DNA from: Candidatus Bathyarchaeota archaeon
Lineage (GTDB): Archaea; Thermoproteota; Bathyarchaeia; Bathyarchaeales; Bathycorpusculaceae
Direction: 5' to 3'
NCBI GenBank assembly: GCA_963811105.1
Contig: CAWEPZ010000009.1
Coordinates: 32,001-96,000, forward strand
Length of the DNA stretch: 64,000 nt
Position 1 is the stretch's first letter, and each line of letters starts with the position of its first letter. The notes under the pieces are model-generated. The model made no database searches. It was given only the letters and a program-made list of their open reading frames with translations, and was not told the DNA's origin. The position numbers and the translations under genes were made by a program. Positions 29,892 through 40,488 of this stretch are shown piece after piece.

Positions 29892-32750
29892 TCATTTAGT
29901 ATTTCGTTTTAGCTGTTTTTCTATCGCTTGCTCCGCTATATCAGCCGCTTCTTGAAGCTTCTCAGGTTTTGTTCCACCGCCTTGCGCAAAATTAGGTCTT
30001 CCACCGCCTCCGCCGCCAAAAAGTGGAGCAACTTCCCGCATTATTTCAGCGGCGTTGAACCCTCGGTTTACAGCCATCGATCCAGACATGATTAATAAGT
30101 TAGCGGTTTTATCGGTTTTGTCAGTGAAAACAGATATTGTCGAATCATCTTTTTTTATCATTAGGCTTCCGGTTTGAATCAATCGAGCCATATTTCCTTC
30201 AGAAAAATCTCTTCTTACGACTTTTATTTCACGTATTATCTTAACGCCTTCTGTCTCCTTTATCACAAGGTCAGGTCTGGCATGTCCATTTTGCTTTGTT
30301 ATAACTACGCTCTCTTTTTGAGCTAACTCTTTGATTAGGCGTCGTTTCTCTATTTGTGCTTCTTTGAGTTCTTTGACAACTTTCTCAGCGGTCTTATCGA
30401 GTTTGTCACTTGGGGCATTGAGAACTTCAGACACCTTCGAGAGTATGTTTTCCTGTTTCTGCACTGCCTTCAGCGCCTCCAACCCAACTGCGTAGCCTAA
30501 ACGTTCCACTCCGTCCTGCACACGTTCAGTATAAACGATTTTTACGAAGCAAACTTCCAATGTGCTTGCAAGGTGTGTTCCAGCGCATGCTTCCACATCC
30601 CAATCGCCCGTTTTCACAACGCGGATATCTTTGCCTGGAACTGCACCGCCTTGATAGAGCCTGAAACCGTAGCGTGCTTCTGCCTCGTTGCGTGGATACC
30701 AATTGATGTCAATTTTCATGTTAGCTGCAATCGCTCCATTTGCTAACTGCTCAATTTTATGGACTTCCTCTTGGCTTAATCTTTTGTAATGTGTAATGTC
30801 AAGTCGAGACATTTCTAAGCCTTTTTGGGTGCCTGATTGCCAAACATGTTCACCTAAAACTCGTCTTGCAGCACCATTGATTAGATGAGTAACTGTATGA
30901 GCTTTCATGAGGGAGTAGCGTCTGTTCCAATCCAAAATTCCATGAATTGTGCTGCCTTCCTTGAATCTTGTGGTTTCGCTGAGCTTGTGAATTATGACTT
31001 TGCCGATCTTCTGAGTGTCGACCAATTCGAACTTTTGGTTGTCTGCCGTTAGCCACCCGTGGTCTGCAGGTTGCCCGCCACCTTCAGGATAAAAGCATGT
31101 CCGATCCAAAACAACATATTTGTCGTTTACAACTTTGAGGACTTTTGCATCAAACTCCTTCATATAAGTATCGGCATAGTAAAGTTGCTCTGTTGCAGGC
31201 AACTGCTCAGCCACTTTCTCAAGTGTTTTTTCTGCTTGCGTTTCTTCCTCTTCCGCAGGTTTACTTGATTGCATATGCCGTTGGGCGATTAATGCATAGA
31301 AGTTCTCAGGCAACACAACTTCAACGCCTTCTTTCTCCGCCGCTTGCTTAACGATTTCTGGCGGAAGCCCATGCGAATCGTAGAGTTCTGTCAACGTATC
31401 CATCGGCAGCTTGCCTGTGCCTTTAGTTTTTAGATCATTGGCGATTCGTTTAACCATGCCCTCACCCCGTTTGAGGGTATCTTCAAATTTTTCCTCTTCT
31501 ACTTTGAGCATTTCCACGATTTCATTTTGCATTTCTTTGAGGCGCGGAAAATCTTTACCCCAATAACCGACTTGCATGTCTACGATATCATAGAGTTTTG
31601 CTGGCTCAATGTTTAGGGTTCGCATTAGACGGTAAACTCTGCGGAACAACAACCTTGCCAAGTAGCCTTCTTGAATGTTGGAAGGCACTACACCTTCGCT
31701 AAGAATGAAGCTTAACGTTTTGGTGTGGTCGGTTACTGCCCAAGCGTTCTCAATAGGAACCAACACTTTTTCAAGTGTTTGAATGTCTATGCCTGAAAGC
31801 TCAGCTACACGCCTACGGGTAACCATACGGTTTGCGTTTTTGTCAACGCTTACCAAACCTGAATACTTGGCGACTTGAGCCAAGAAATAGTTATCAACGT
31901 TAGTTATTCCTGCCATGCCGAGAACTTTATCTACTAAATCGCCGTAGATTGCTTGAAACGCACTTGGTACTCCCTGGCTTATCCAGGCAAAGCGGTCTAT
32001 GCCGTATCCCGTGTCTACGGTTCGGATGGGTAACTCGATGAATTCGTCGCCGACAACCTTGTATTGCATAAAAACCAATGTGCCAACCTCTAAGCCCCGC
32101 ACGATGCATTCTACGTCTGGTCCAGCGTTGCCGCCGCCAACCCACACGCCTTCCTTATAGATGACTTCTTCAGATTTTATGCCCAGCGCTTCAGTTGCAA
32201 AACGATGGTGGAAGCGTACAGTGGCGTCTTTCCAGTAAATTTCTTTGTCTGGGTAATTGAATGCGTGAGCTCCTCCCATCTCAAAAATGGTTAAGTGCCT
32301 GCCGAAGGTTGGGCCGGTATTGGATATGTCTGTTAGCCTAATGGATGGCTGAGAAATCACCAGTGGATTCGCAGGTGGCGGCGAAATGCCTTCGGTTACG
32401 TAGGGTTGGAAGTCAATGATGCTTGCATGTGTTAGGTAGATGTCTTTGCGCCAACGGGCAACCACTGGATAGGGTTTTATTCGTGTGTGTCCGTTTTTTT
32501 CGAAAAAGCTGAGGAATGCCTCTCTCATCTCCGAAAGGCTGAAACTTTTCTTTGTGGCGGGGTTGTTTATGAAGGTATAGAATCCGCATTCGTCAGAGCT
32601 GGATTCGCCGCAGGTTTCCTGGTTCGTATTTTGGGTCCAGAACCACTCGCCGCATTTTGGGCAATGTTTTCTAACGAAGCCTTCCTGTTTGAAGAATGGA
32701 AGAGCATAATCTTTCTCTGCGAATTGTGTAGTCAATTTTTGGCGCTCCAT
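29892..32750 (-). CDS. alaS: Alanine--tRNA ligase (archaeal type)
   Basis: YPVVARWR, VDTGYGIDR, FYPEGGGQ, HTVTH editing motif, ACAGTH, GGGGGRPNFAQGGG. Confidence 0.97.
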   Translation of the reverse strand: MERQKLTTQFAEKDYALPFFKQEGFVRKHCPKCGEWFWTQNTNQETCGESSSDECGFYTFINNPATKKSFSLSEMREAFLSFFEKNGHTRIKPYPVVARWRKDIYLTHASIIDFQPYVTEGISPPPANPLVISQPSIRLTDISNTGPTFGRHLTIFEMGGAHAFNYPDKEIYWKDATVRFHHRFATEALGIKSEEVIYKEGVWVGGGNAGPDVECIVRGLEVGTLVFMQYKVVGDEFIELPIRTVDTGYGIDRFAWISQGVPSAFQAIYGDLVDKVLGMAGITNVDNYFLAQVAKYSGLVSVDKNANRMVTRRRVAELSGIDIQTLEKVLVPIENAWAVTDHTKTLSFILSEGVVPSNIQEGYLARLLFRRVYRLMRTLNIEPAKLYDIVDMQVGYWGKDFPRLKEMQNEIVEMLKVEEEKFEDTLKRGEGMVKRIANDLKTKGTGKLPMDTLTELYDSHGLPPEIVKQAAEKEGVEVVLPENFYALIAQRHMQSSKPAEEEETQAEKTLEKVAEQLPATEQLYYADTYMKEFDAKVLKVVNDKYVVLDRTCFYPEGGGQPADHGWLTADNQKFELVDTQKIGKVIIHKLSETTRFKEGSTIHGILDWNRRYSLMKAHTVTHLINGAARRVLGEHVWQSGTQKGLEMSRLDITHYKRLSQEEVHKIEQLANGAIAANMKIDINWYPRNEAEARYGFRLYQGGAVPGKDIRVVKTGDWDVEACAGTHLASTLEVCFVKIVYTERVQDGVERLGYAVGLEALKAVQKQENILSKVSEVLNAPSDKLDKTAEKVVKELKEAQIEKRRLIKELAQKESVVITKQNGHARPDLVIKETEGVKIIREIKVVRRDFSEGNMARLIQTGSLMIKKDDSTISVFTDKTDKTANLLIMSGSMAVNRGFNAAEIMREVAPLFGGGGGGRPNFAQGGGTKPEKLQEAADIAEQAIEKQLKRNTK

Positions 32751-32800
32751 ATAGTCATTGACTTTGCTGTTAGCTTTTAATGGGTACGAGAATCATGCAT

Positions 32801-34213
32801 TTAAATAGTTTCGCTCATGTCTTTAACAAAAAAAGAATGCCAGCCCTTAATCATCGGCTTTGGCTCAAAACTGCTTTTCTCTAAACCGTAGCGCCGAAGC
32901 GGTTTAGTGAGGTGCCTCTGTGAACGTGTCGAAGTCACATACAAGCCGACCTTAACATTTCTTGGCACAATCATCTCGTTCTTTTTTAATTCAGTAAATT
33001 TGCCGCCGCATTTTTCACAGCGAAACCCTTGATTTTTGCCCATGGACTTCAAATGTTTTCCGCAGTTGGGGCAAACAGGGTTCTCTATTTGTATTTTCGG
33101 TTGGGTGTTTAGGATGTTGATTTTTTCTAAATTAATCGTAAGCGGCTTGCGCTTTGTTGTTTTATGGGCAGCTCCATAGACTTCAACACTGTCGCCAACT
33201 ATGAGTTCCCTTGCGATTTTTCGAAGATTCCCCGTTGGCTCGTAAGCGGCGCAATCCACTTCCGCTGAATCATCCTTAATCGAAAAAATAACATGGCGCA
33301 GAGGCACAATCCTCGGGCTTTGAGAAACAACTCCCCGTACGATGACTGAATTGTAAGGTTCAATCTTGCTTAAGGCTGTCACTTGTTTTAAGTGTCCGTC
33401 TGTGCCTTGGTTTGAACGGAAAATGACCCAGCGCCCAACAGGCTCAAGATAGTTAATAAGCCCAAAAGCTTTTTTCACTACTTCCGGTGACTCGCCCCTT
33501 ATGCCAAAGAGAATTGGATCTGGACCCCTAGGAGTAATAATTACTCTGCGTTTTTCTGAATCCACATTGTTATAGGTGTAGGGTTGTAGTTGTTTATCCA
33601 TTTCAAAAATAGAGGCTTCATCGACTTTTCTTTTTGTACCCCAATTCTGTGGTGTCCGGTAAGCAATCAGCTCGAAGGTATGGTCGATGTTGAGGGTTTC
33701 GCCGATGGCTGCCAAGGCGCCGATGATACCTCTGCAAGAGTTAAAGCCTACTGCTTCAGCCCCAAACCGTTTGATAAGACCTATAGCTTCCTTGATTGTA
33801 GAAATATTTGTTTCTGTTTTTTTCGCAAAATCTCCAAGTTCTTTTGGAATTTCTTGTCTGTTTAGAAAGACTATTCCGGGGTCAGTGCCCTTCTCATTGA
33901 AAGCGGAGGTCTCTTCCCACAGGGAAGTGATTTTGTCTTTGATGGCTTCCTCAAAATCTGGATTAAAGATGAATCTTAAACACAGCGCGCCGTTGCCTCT
34001 TGTTTTCCAAGGTACATTGGGATTAAGTCTAATCAAGCCTGGATAATCAGTAAATTTAACGTGAAATTTTTCGAGTTCTTCGATAAGTAATGCCGCGAGG
34101 TAGGTTGTGCAGCCGCCTTTAGTTGAGTCTGTATCATCTAACCCTATGTGCATTGTCTGTTGTTCTGTCAAAGCATCTTTTCTCCAATTCTTATTTAGAG
34201 AATTGGCTGACAA
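32801..34213 (-). CDS. tiaS: tRNA(Ile2) agmatinylcytidine synthetase
   Basis: IGLDDTDS..GGCTTY, LIRLNPNVPWKTRGN, GPDPILFGIRG, AAYEPTG, zinc ribbon, RHLTKP. Confidence 0.95.
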   Translation of the reverse strand: MSANSLNKNWRKDALTEQQTMHIGLDDTDSTKGGCTTYLAALLIEELEKFHVKFTDYPGLIRLNPNVPWKTRGNGALCLRFIFNPDFEEAIKDKITSLWEETSAFNEKGTDPGIVFLNRQEIPKELGDFAKKTETNISTIKEAIGLIKRFGAEAVGFNSCRGIIGALAAIGETLNIDHTFELIAYRTPQNWGTKRKVDEASIFEMDKQLQPYTYNNVDSEKRRVIITPRGPDPILFGIRGESPEVVKKAFGLINYLEPVGRWVIFRSNQGTDGHLKQVTALSKIEPYNSVIVRGVVSQSPRIVPLRHVIFSIKDDSAEVDCAAYEPTGNLRKIARELIVGDSVEVYGAAHKTTKRKPLTINLEKINILNTQPKIQIENPVCPNCGKHLKSMGKNQGFRCEKCGGKFTELKKNEMIVPRNVKVGLYVTSTRSQRHLTKPLRRYGLEKSSFEPKPMIKGWHSFFVKDMSETI

Positions 34214-34255
34214 GTTAAAAAATATTGGTTGGCCTTAAGAAAAACTAAGGTTAAC

Positions 34256-34543
34256 TTATATTGTGAGCGGAGGCTGTTCAAAAATCACTTGTTCTTGAAC
34301 TGTTGGCTGCGGTTTATCTGTTATTATTATCGTTAACTTCGAGTTTATTCTGCCGATTTTTTCAATTCTCGTGGTTATTATAGATTTGAGTTTTTCTAAA
34401 CTGTCGGCCTTTACGTTTGCTATTATATCGTAGACGCCCCAAAGGTTATGTGCTTCTTCGACGCCTTCAATTCTTCGCAGCGCCTTCAATATTTCGTATT
34501 CAGCTCCAATTTCAGTATTCAAGAGTACATATGCTACTGGCAT
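34256..34543 (-). CDS. Stand-alone Lrp/AsnC ligand-binding (RAM) domain protein
   Basis: MPVAYVLLNTEIG...WGVYDIIA; start placed at ATG 34543 by paralogy. Confidence 0.8.
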   Translation of the reverse strand: MPVAYVLLNTEIGAEYEILKALRRIEGVEEAHNLWGVYDIIANVKADSLEKLKSIITTRIEKIGRINSKLTIIITDKPQPTVQEQVIFEQPPLTI

Positions 34544-34938
34544 TTTTCTTGCAATCCCTTTTGATTTTGATGGCGGTTGGCGTGAGAGGTTTGGGCGCTC
34601 TTTTTTTTTCAAGGGGAACAAAAAAGGTTCAATTTGTAACCAAACCTCTTCATCCAACCCAAAAAGTTTGTGTATTCTTTGACAGTGACTGCATTTTCTA
34701 TGGTTAGACGGCTACTTTCTGGGTAATTATCGTGGATTTGCATGTTTGCTTTCGCTCTCTCACTATCAGATACACAGTGGTGATTATTGCTCGAAAAAAA
34801 ATTTAAGACTATGTGACTGTATATGCTCAATCACAACTTCGCATTAATTTCCAAAAAGTATTTTAAGAGTTAAGGTAATAAGAAAAATACTGCTTTATTT
34901 TTCTTCACAGATTATGAAAGAAAAAGAGTTGTTTGTAT

Positions 34939-35175
34939 TTATCGTTCTTCAACAACGATCATTGTCAGTGTTGACCGCACTTTGTCCAGTCGACGAATTC
35001 GCCAAGTGACTATTTCTTTGAGCTTATCCATTGTGTCTGCTTTTACTCTTGCCACTATGTCGTAGACTCCGTAAACAGCTGAAGCTTCTTCTACGCCCTC
35101 GACTTTTTTAAGTTCCTTTAGGACGTCCGATTCTGAACCTATCTCTGTGTTTATTAAAACAAAAGCTGTTGGCAA
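34939..35175 (-). CDS. Stand-alone Lrp/AsnC ligand-binding domain protein
   Basis: PTAFVLINTEIG...YGVYDIVA...IRRLDKVRSTLTMIV; TTG start at 35175. Confidence 0.85.
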   Translation of the reverse strand: MPTAFVLINTEIGSESDVLKELKKVEGVEEASAVYGVYDIVARVKADTMDKLKEIVTWRIRRLDKVRSTLTMIVVEER

Positions 35176-35284
35176 TTCAATCCAATCCTCTAAGTAACAG
35201 ATTAGTTTAGTGTGCATTAAAAAGTTTCCTAGAAACCACCCGAGTAAGCGCTTACTTTTTCCTTCGGGGCACAGGGTTTTATGT

Positions 35285-36334
35285 TTACGCGAGTGATTGA
35301 CTTGGTTTTTTAGTAATAATCTGAATACCTGCCCATTGCAGAGCTATATAGGATACTATAAGGCGGAACCACAAAGTCACTATCCTGGTCAGTAAGGTTA
35401 CTGAAAAACTAATAAAAACTGGAACACCTAGAAAACTGAATATTGAGGTCATCACTATTTCTGTAAATCCAAACGTAATCACGCCCACTGTTTGAAGAGT
35501 GCCAGTTAAGGTGAAAACTATAAGGACTGTACTAACTGGAACAGATTGGCCTAAAGCGATAAAAGATAGAAACATGACTCCGATTTCAAAAATAAAGCCT
35601 AAGAATGCGTAAACTATAGGCTTGGCGAGTGCTTTGGGATTAGTTCCCAGCTCCTTAATACCTAAATGAAACCTGCACAAGAATCCTTCTGCTTTGATCT
35701 TGAAATTTTGAGGGTTCCATTTCTTTCTGAAAAATGAAGCCAACCGAATCGCCCAGTTTAGTAGAGTTTTGGTTGCTGATGGCTTATTGCTTACAAAATA
35801 AATGACGAATAAGGACAAAGTTGAAAGTGCTAGGATTAAGGAGATGAAGAAAGTATCTATGAAAGGCAACGAGTAACTGCTCAATAACAATCCTAAACCA
35901 ACACTTAAAGCGGCAACAGTTAATGTTAGCGTAAATATTTTTTGCCCAACAACGGAAGCTCCGATTATGCCAGTGTCTTGGTTTGAGTCTTTAGATAGTA
36001 GGTACGTTTTTGATATTTCTGCTGACCAGCCTAATTGGGGCACAACGGCCTCAAAGAATAGTCCAACTAAAGTGAACAAGAAAGCCTTTCTAAATCTAAG
36101 TTTAACTGATAAGTTGAGTAGAAGTTGGCGCCAAACTAAAGCAGAAAAGATAGTAAAGAGAAAGTAGGATACGAAGGCGCCTGCATATACAGTTATGTTT
36201 GTCTTTAATAGTGTGTCTTCTAGTTTTGTTGGGTTGATAAAGAAATAGAAGTAAAAGGCGAAGGCTACTAGTCCTGCGATTAAAATCAGAAGAATAATAT
36301 TACGACTTACCTGTGTCTGTTTTATTGTTGCCAT
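35285..36334 (-). CDS. Lysylphosphatidylglycerol synthase TM-domain (flippase-like, UPF0104) membrane protein
   Basis: About 8 TM helices; WRQLL, P..G..E and LLTRIVTLW motifs. Confidence 0.75.
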   Translation of the reverse strand: MATIKQTQVSRNIILLILIAGLVAFAFYFYFFINPTKLEDTLLKTNITVYAGAFVSYFLFTIFSALVWRQLLLNLSVKLRFRKAFLFTLVGLFFEAVVPQLGWSAEISKTYLLSKDSNQDTGIIGASVVGQKIFTLTLTVAALSVGLGLLLSSYSLPFIDTFFISLILALSTLSLFVIYFVSNKPSATKTLLNWAIRLASFFRKKWNPQNFKIKAEGFLCRFHLGIKELGTNPKALAKPIVYAFLGFIFEIGVMFLSFIALGQSVPVSTVLIVFTLTGTLQTVGVITFGFTEIVMTSIFSFLGVPVFISFSVTLLTRIVTLWFRLIVSYIALQWAGIQIITKKPSQSLA

Positions 36335-36597
36335 TTAGCGGTTCAAGTCTTGCTTAACAGTCTTAGTTGCTAAACTATTAAGGCTATACAAAAATCGAGG
36401 CAGCTATTTTATGATTTTCTTATAGTTGTGTTTTACGATTTCGCATGCGTGATTTAATTATGGTTTTTCATTTATCTGTGGAATTTAACTATTAATTTCT
36501 TAATAGTCAAAGAAGTGTAAGTTTGATTAGGTATGGAAAACGCAAGTTAATGAAACAAAATGAGGAGAGCGAAAGTTAACGCTCTTTTAGACTAAAG

Positions 36598-36843
36598 CTA
36601 TTCTTCCGTCATTATCAATGTTAAGGTTGAGCGGACCTTGCTTATGGTTCTTACCTTATGTGTTACCATTTCTTTGAGCCTTTCCATTGAGTCAGCTTTT
36701 ATCTTTGTAATTATGTCATAAACACCATATGAAAAGTAGGCTTCTTCAATGCCTTGAATTTTTCTCAGTTCCGCAACTACCTCTTCTTCGGATCCTGTTT
36801 CAACGTTTATTAATACAAAGGCTTTAGGCATTTGATTCTCCAC
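36598..36843 (-). CDS. Stand-alone Lrp/AsnC ligand-binding domain protein
   Basis: MPKAFVLINVETG...YGVYDII...VRSTLTLI. Confidence 0.85.
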   Translation of the reverse strand: MENQMPKAFVLINVETGSEEEVVAELRKIQGIEEAYFSYGVYDIITKIKADSMERLKEMVTHKVRTISKVRSTLTLIMTEE

Positions 36844-36957
36844 TTTATTATTTGGCAGACTCTTAATTAAGATTTTTCTGAAAAAAGAAAAATTAGTTGG
36901 TTTACCAAAAATTTTATGAGTAGTTACGTCTAGACGGATAATTAGGTGAGATAAAAA

Positions 36958-37296
36958 ATGGTTTATTGTACAAAATGTGGAACCTTAAATCCTGATACTG
37001 CAATCACTTGTTCTAATTGCGGTACTCCTCTCTACGGTGCTAATGCAGAAAGTAGACATTATGATTGGCGTGAGCAACGTCATAGGTATTACGAGGAACG
37101 TTACAGTCATTATCGAGGCGGCAGCGGTTTTGGACTTTTAATTGGTGGTTTATTCATTATTCTAATCGCCCTCGGCTTGATTTACGGTGTAGTTTGGCAA
37201 TACTTTTGGCCGTTTGTGCTTGTAATAATTGGTGTGTGGCTTATTCTTACGTTCTTGATGCGCAACCGCAAGTACAGGCAATCGACGCATACTTAG
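36958..37296 (+). CDS. Zinc-ribbon membrane protein
   Basis: YCTKCG...CSNCG, two C-terminal TM helices with FWP. Confidence 0.8.
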   Translation: MVYCTKCGTLNPDTAITCSNCGTPLYGANAESRHYDWREQRHRYYEERYSHYRGGSGFGLLIGGLFIILIALGLIYGVVWQYFWPFVLVIIGVWLILTFLMRNRKYRQSTHT

Positions 37297-37408
37297 GTTA
37301 GCTAACTACCTGTTTAGATTTCTCCATTCTTGGTTGCACATTTTTTCAGTGAGGTACACAAAAGAGTTATATTAATCAGCTTGAAAGGTGTAAGATATTG
37401 CGGGGAAA

Positions 37409-39040
37409 GTGATGGTTAAGTATATTTTCGTGACAGGCGGCGTCCTAAGTTCAGTTGGAAAGGGCATTTTAACATCTTCCATCGGCAAAATGCTTCAAGC
37501 ACGAGGAATAAAACCTACTGTTGTAAAAATTGACCCTTACGTTAACGTTGATGCAGGAACTATGAATCCCTATATGCATGGGGAAGTTTTTGTGACAGAT
37601 GATGGCGGCGAAACTGACCTTGACTTAGGCTGGTACGAGCGATTTTTGGATTTAAGTCTCAAACAAGAAAATAACTTGACAACTGGCATGGTTTACAAGG
37701 CAGTAATTGAAAAGGAGAGACGAGGCGACTTTTTAGGTCGATGTGTTCAAATTGTCCCGCATATAACTAACGAAATTAAGAATCGCATTAAGATAGTCGG
37801 CAAAGCTTCATGTGCTGATGTTGTTTTAACTGAAGTTGGGGGAACCGTAGGGGACATTGAAGGCTTGCCTTTTCTTGAAGCTATACGGCAGATGCGTTTG
37901 GAAGAGGGTTATGAAAATACGCTTTATGTGCATGTGGCTTTGGTTCCGATTTTGGATGTTACCATGGAAATGAAAACTAAACCTTTGCAGCATAGTGTTA
38001 ATGAATTGCGGCGCATCGGTATCCAACCAGACACTATTGTCGCTAGAAGCCCCAAAATGATTGATGAGGAAGCTCTCAGAAAGATAGCTTTGTTCGGAAC
38101 TATTCCTGAAAGCGCTGTCTTTTGCTCTTACAACGCCGATTCCGTCTATCAAGTGCCACTTATTCTGGATAAGCAGGGCATGGGTGACTTCATCTGCCAA
38201 AGACTAGTTTTCAAATGTGAAGGTAAAGACTTCGGACCCTGGCAGCAATACGTTGATGCAGCGGTTAATCCTGAGCATGAGGTTAAAATAGCGTTAGTAG
38301 GCAAATATGCTGGACTAACTGACAGTTACGTAAGCATGACCGAGGCATTGCGGCACGGTGGGGCTGCGAACAAAGCTAAAGTTTGCATATCTTATTTGGA
38401 AGCAGAGAAGCTGGAACATGAACCAGACTGCATAAAAGACCTCGCTAATTTTGACGGCGTTTTTGTTCCTTACGGTTTTGGTCCACGTGGTACTGAAGGC
38501 AAAATTGCAGCTACTAAGTTTGCACGAGAGAACGATATTCCTTTTCTAGGAATTTGCTATGGTTTCCAGTTAGCAGTTATTGAATTTGCTAGGAATGTCT
38601 GTGGCTTAAGTGAGGCGAACAGCACCGAAATTAATCCTGAAAGCCCCTATCCCGTTATTGATCTTATGCCTGAGCAACGTGGAGTAGAACTTAAGGGTGC
38701 AACCATGCGTTTAGGATCTCACAAAATAGTTTTGCAGAAGGGAACATTGGCTTATTCCTTATATGGGCAGGAAGAGATTCACGAGCGGCATCGACACCGA
38801 TTCGAAGTTAACTTAGATTATCTGGAAGCGCTGAAAAATAATGGTTTGTGCTTTACTGGCAAAAGTGCAGACGGAAGAAGAATGGAAACTTTAGAGTTGC
38901 CAAACAAATACTTCTTCTTTGCTTCCCAATTCCACGGTGAATTTAAAAGCCGACCAGGAAGACCCGAACCTGAATACTTTGGTTTTATCCGGGCTTGCGT
39001 TAATAGGAAACTTGGAAAACCAAAAAACCCTATTTCCTAA
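37409..39040 (+). CDS. pyrG: CTP synthase
   Basis: KYIFVTGGVLSSVGKG, GEVFVTDDGGETDLDLG, GICYG, ERHRHRFEVN. Confidence 0.97.
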   Translation: MMVKYIFVTGGVLSSVGKGILTSSIGKMLQARGIKPTVVKIDPYVNVDAGTMNPYMHGEVFVTDDGGETDLDLGWYERFLDLSLKQENNLTTGMVYKAVIEKERRGDFLGRCVQIVPHITNEIKNRIKIVGKASCADVVLTEVGGTVGDIEGLPFLEAIRQMRLEEGYENTLYVHVALVPILDVTMEMKTKPLQHSVNELRRIGIQPDTIVARSPKMIDEEALRKIALFGTIPESAVFCSYNADSVYQVPLILDKQGMGDFICQRLVFKCEGKDFGPWQQYVDAAVNPEHEVKIALVGKYAGLTDSYVSMTEALRHGGAANKAKVCISYLEAEKLEHEPDCIKDLANFDGVFVPYGFGPRGTEGKIAATKFARENDIPFLGICYGFQLAVIEFARNVCGLSEANSTEINPESPYPVIDLMPEQRGVELKGATMRLGSHKIVLQKGTLAYSLYGQEEIHERHRHRFEVNLDYLEALKNNGLCFTGKSADGRRMETLELPNKYFFFASQFHGEFKSRPGRPEPEYFGFIRACVNRKLGKPKNPIS

Positions 39041-39117
39041 AATAACAATTCTATTTTAAGGTATGCAAGACTTAAAGCCTTGTCTTTCTTTAATTCATTT
39101 TAGAGGCGACTTGTTTC

Positions 39118-39624
39118 TTGAACAGTGATTCTAAAGATATGGAGCGGTTTGACGCCAGATTAGATAAAGCTAAAGACTACGCCGAAGTCTGGCAAATAGT
39201 GAAAGACACGGTGCAGTTTGCTTTGGGCAAAAAAAGGGAAAGCATGATGTTGTTTCTGGATGATTTGCCTCTGCAGTTGGGCGCTTATTACCCAGTGGGA
39301 ACCAACAATATTGTTTTAAACAGGGCGCTGGTAGAGATTGTTGAAGCATCCATAAGCTCTAAGCCAACTGTTTGCGCATTGGTGTACAATCTCCTTCTAC
39401 ATGAGTACTTGCATGCATTGGGCGAATTATCCGAAGTTGGCGTAAGACGACAGGTTGTCGAGGTCGCAAAGAAAAGTTTTGGCGAACAGCATATTTCAAC
39501 CGAGCTTGCATGCAAAAGTCCTTGGGTGTTGATAAAAGACCTCCCGCTTGGATCCTTCAACATGAAAAAGCGTGTGATGAAAATTGTGAAAGATTTTGAA
39601 AAACCCGGAAAATACATTGTCTGA
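39118..39624 (+). CDS. Conserved archaeal protein with HExxH zincin motif
   Basis: LGAYYPVGTNNIVLNR and LLHEYLHALG. Confidence 0.7.
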   Translation: MNSDSKDMERFDARLDKAKDYAEVWQIVKDTVQFALGKKRESMMLFLDDLPLQLGAYYPVGTNNIVLNRALVEIVEASISSKPTVCALVYNLLLHEYLHALGELSEVGVRRQVVEVAKKSFGEQHISTELACKSPWVLIKDLPLGSFNMKKRVMKIVKDFEKPGKYIV

Positions 39625-39949
39625 GGCTTGAAGTAAATTATTTTGCTTTTGGTTCTGATTATTATTTTGTGAAATCTCAGTTGTTGACGTGTTTTTGGCA
39701 TAGGCTTGAACTGGTGTTTTAAGTTGGTTTTTTCAAATTGATGCCCGAATTCTTTGCAGGTTGAAGTTTGAAAATGTTTGAATTTGCTTAAAAATGTTTG
39801 ATTGTTTTTAGGATCTTTTGTTTTATCATGATTCTGTGGCTTTGTGCGCTTGGATTTATATTTATTGTTATTTTGTTCTTTGTGTTTTCTGTTGCTGTTT
39901 TTGGTTTGAGCTTTGTTTTGCTTGTAGTTAATGGCAAGCTGCCCTGTTT

Positions 39950-40360
39950 TTATCGTTTGTCTTTTTTGTTTATTGCCATTATTGAAAATTTGATTTGTTT
40001 AACGGGCTTGTTGGCTTTAAGTGCGTCAATTAAGCTTCGCAATCGCTCAGCTGAACCTTTAACAACCATAACTTCTAGGCAGCTTGTTTCCGATAGGTGC
40101 GCGTGTAAGTAAGCAGTTATCATATCTTCAAATTCATGTTGCAGTCTGAACAATTCTCTGTTCTCCTCAGTCTTTTCGTAGAGTACCGTGATGGTTGCAA
40201 TTACGTTTCCTTTAATTTTTTCCAGCACATTGTATTGAGTAAGATACATGCGCACAGCTTGCCTGACTACTTCTGATCGTGTTGCGTTATGTTCTTGGCC
40301 AATCACTGTGTCAAGTTCTTCGAGTAATTCGTTAGATAATGAAAGGCTAATTATGCTCAC
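39950..40360 (-). CDS. nikR: NikR-family (CopG RHH) metal-responsive regulator
   Basis: IISLSL...LD...RSEVVRQAVR; QH...YLHAHL...CLEV metal site. Confidence 0.8.
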   Translation of the reverse strand: MSIISLSLSNELLEELDTVIGQEHNATRSEVVRQAVRMYLTQYNVLEKIKGNVIATITVLYEKTEENRELFRLQHEFEDMITAYLHAHLSETSCLEVMVVKGSAERLRSLIDALKANKPVKQIKFSIMAINKKDKR

Positions 40361-40406
40361 TAAAGTTCACCCAATCTTAATCTAATGTTGTCTATTAGTT
40401 GATTGA

Positions 40407-40484
40407 TTATTAAAAAAGAGACAAAATTTAATAAGCCTTGCTAGATAATCTGAAATGAGGAATAAACAATTTAGTAAATTCCTC
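40407..40484. promoter_or_regulatory. Divergent promoter region with two spaced inverted repeats
   Basis: TTATTAAA-N12-TTTAATAA (40407-40434) and GAGGAAT-N14-ATTCCTC (40457-40484). Confidence 0.5.
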
Positions 40485-40488
40485 CTGA

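Noticed and set aside
39798-40112. 104-aa hydrophobic ORF
   Set aside because: Product of T-rich low-complexity DNA; overlaps nikR antisense.
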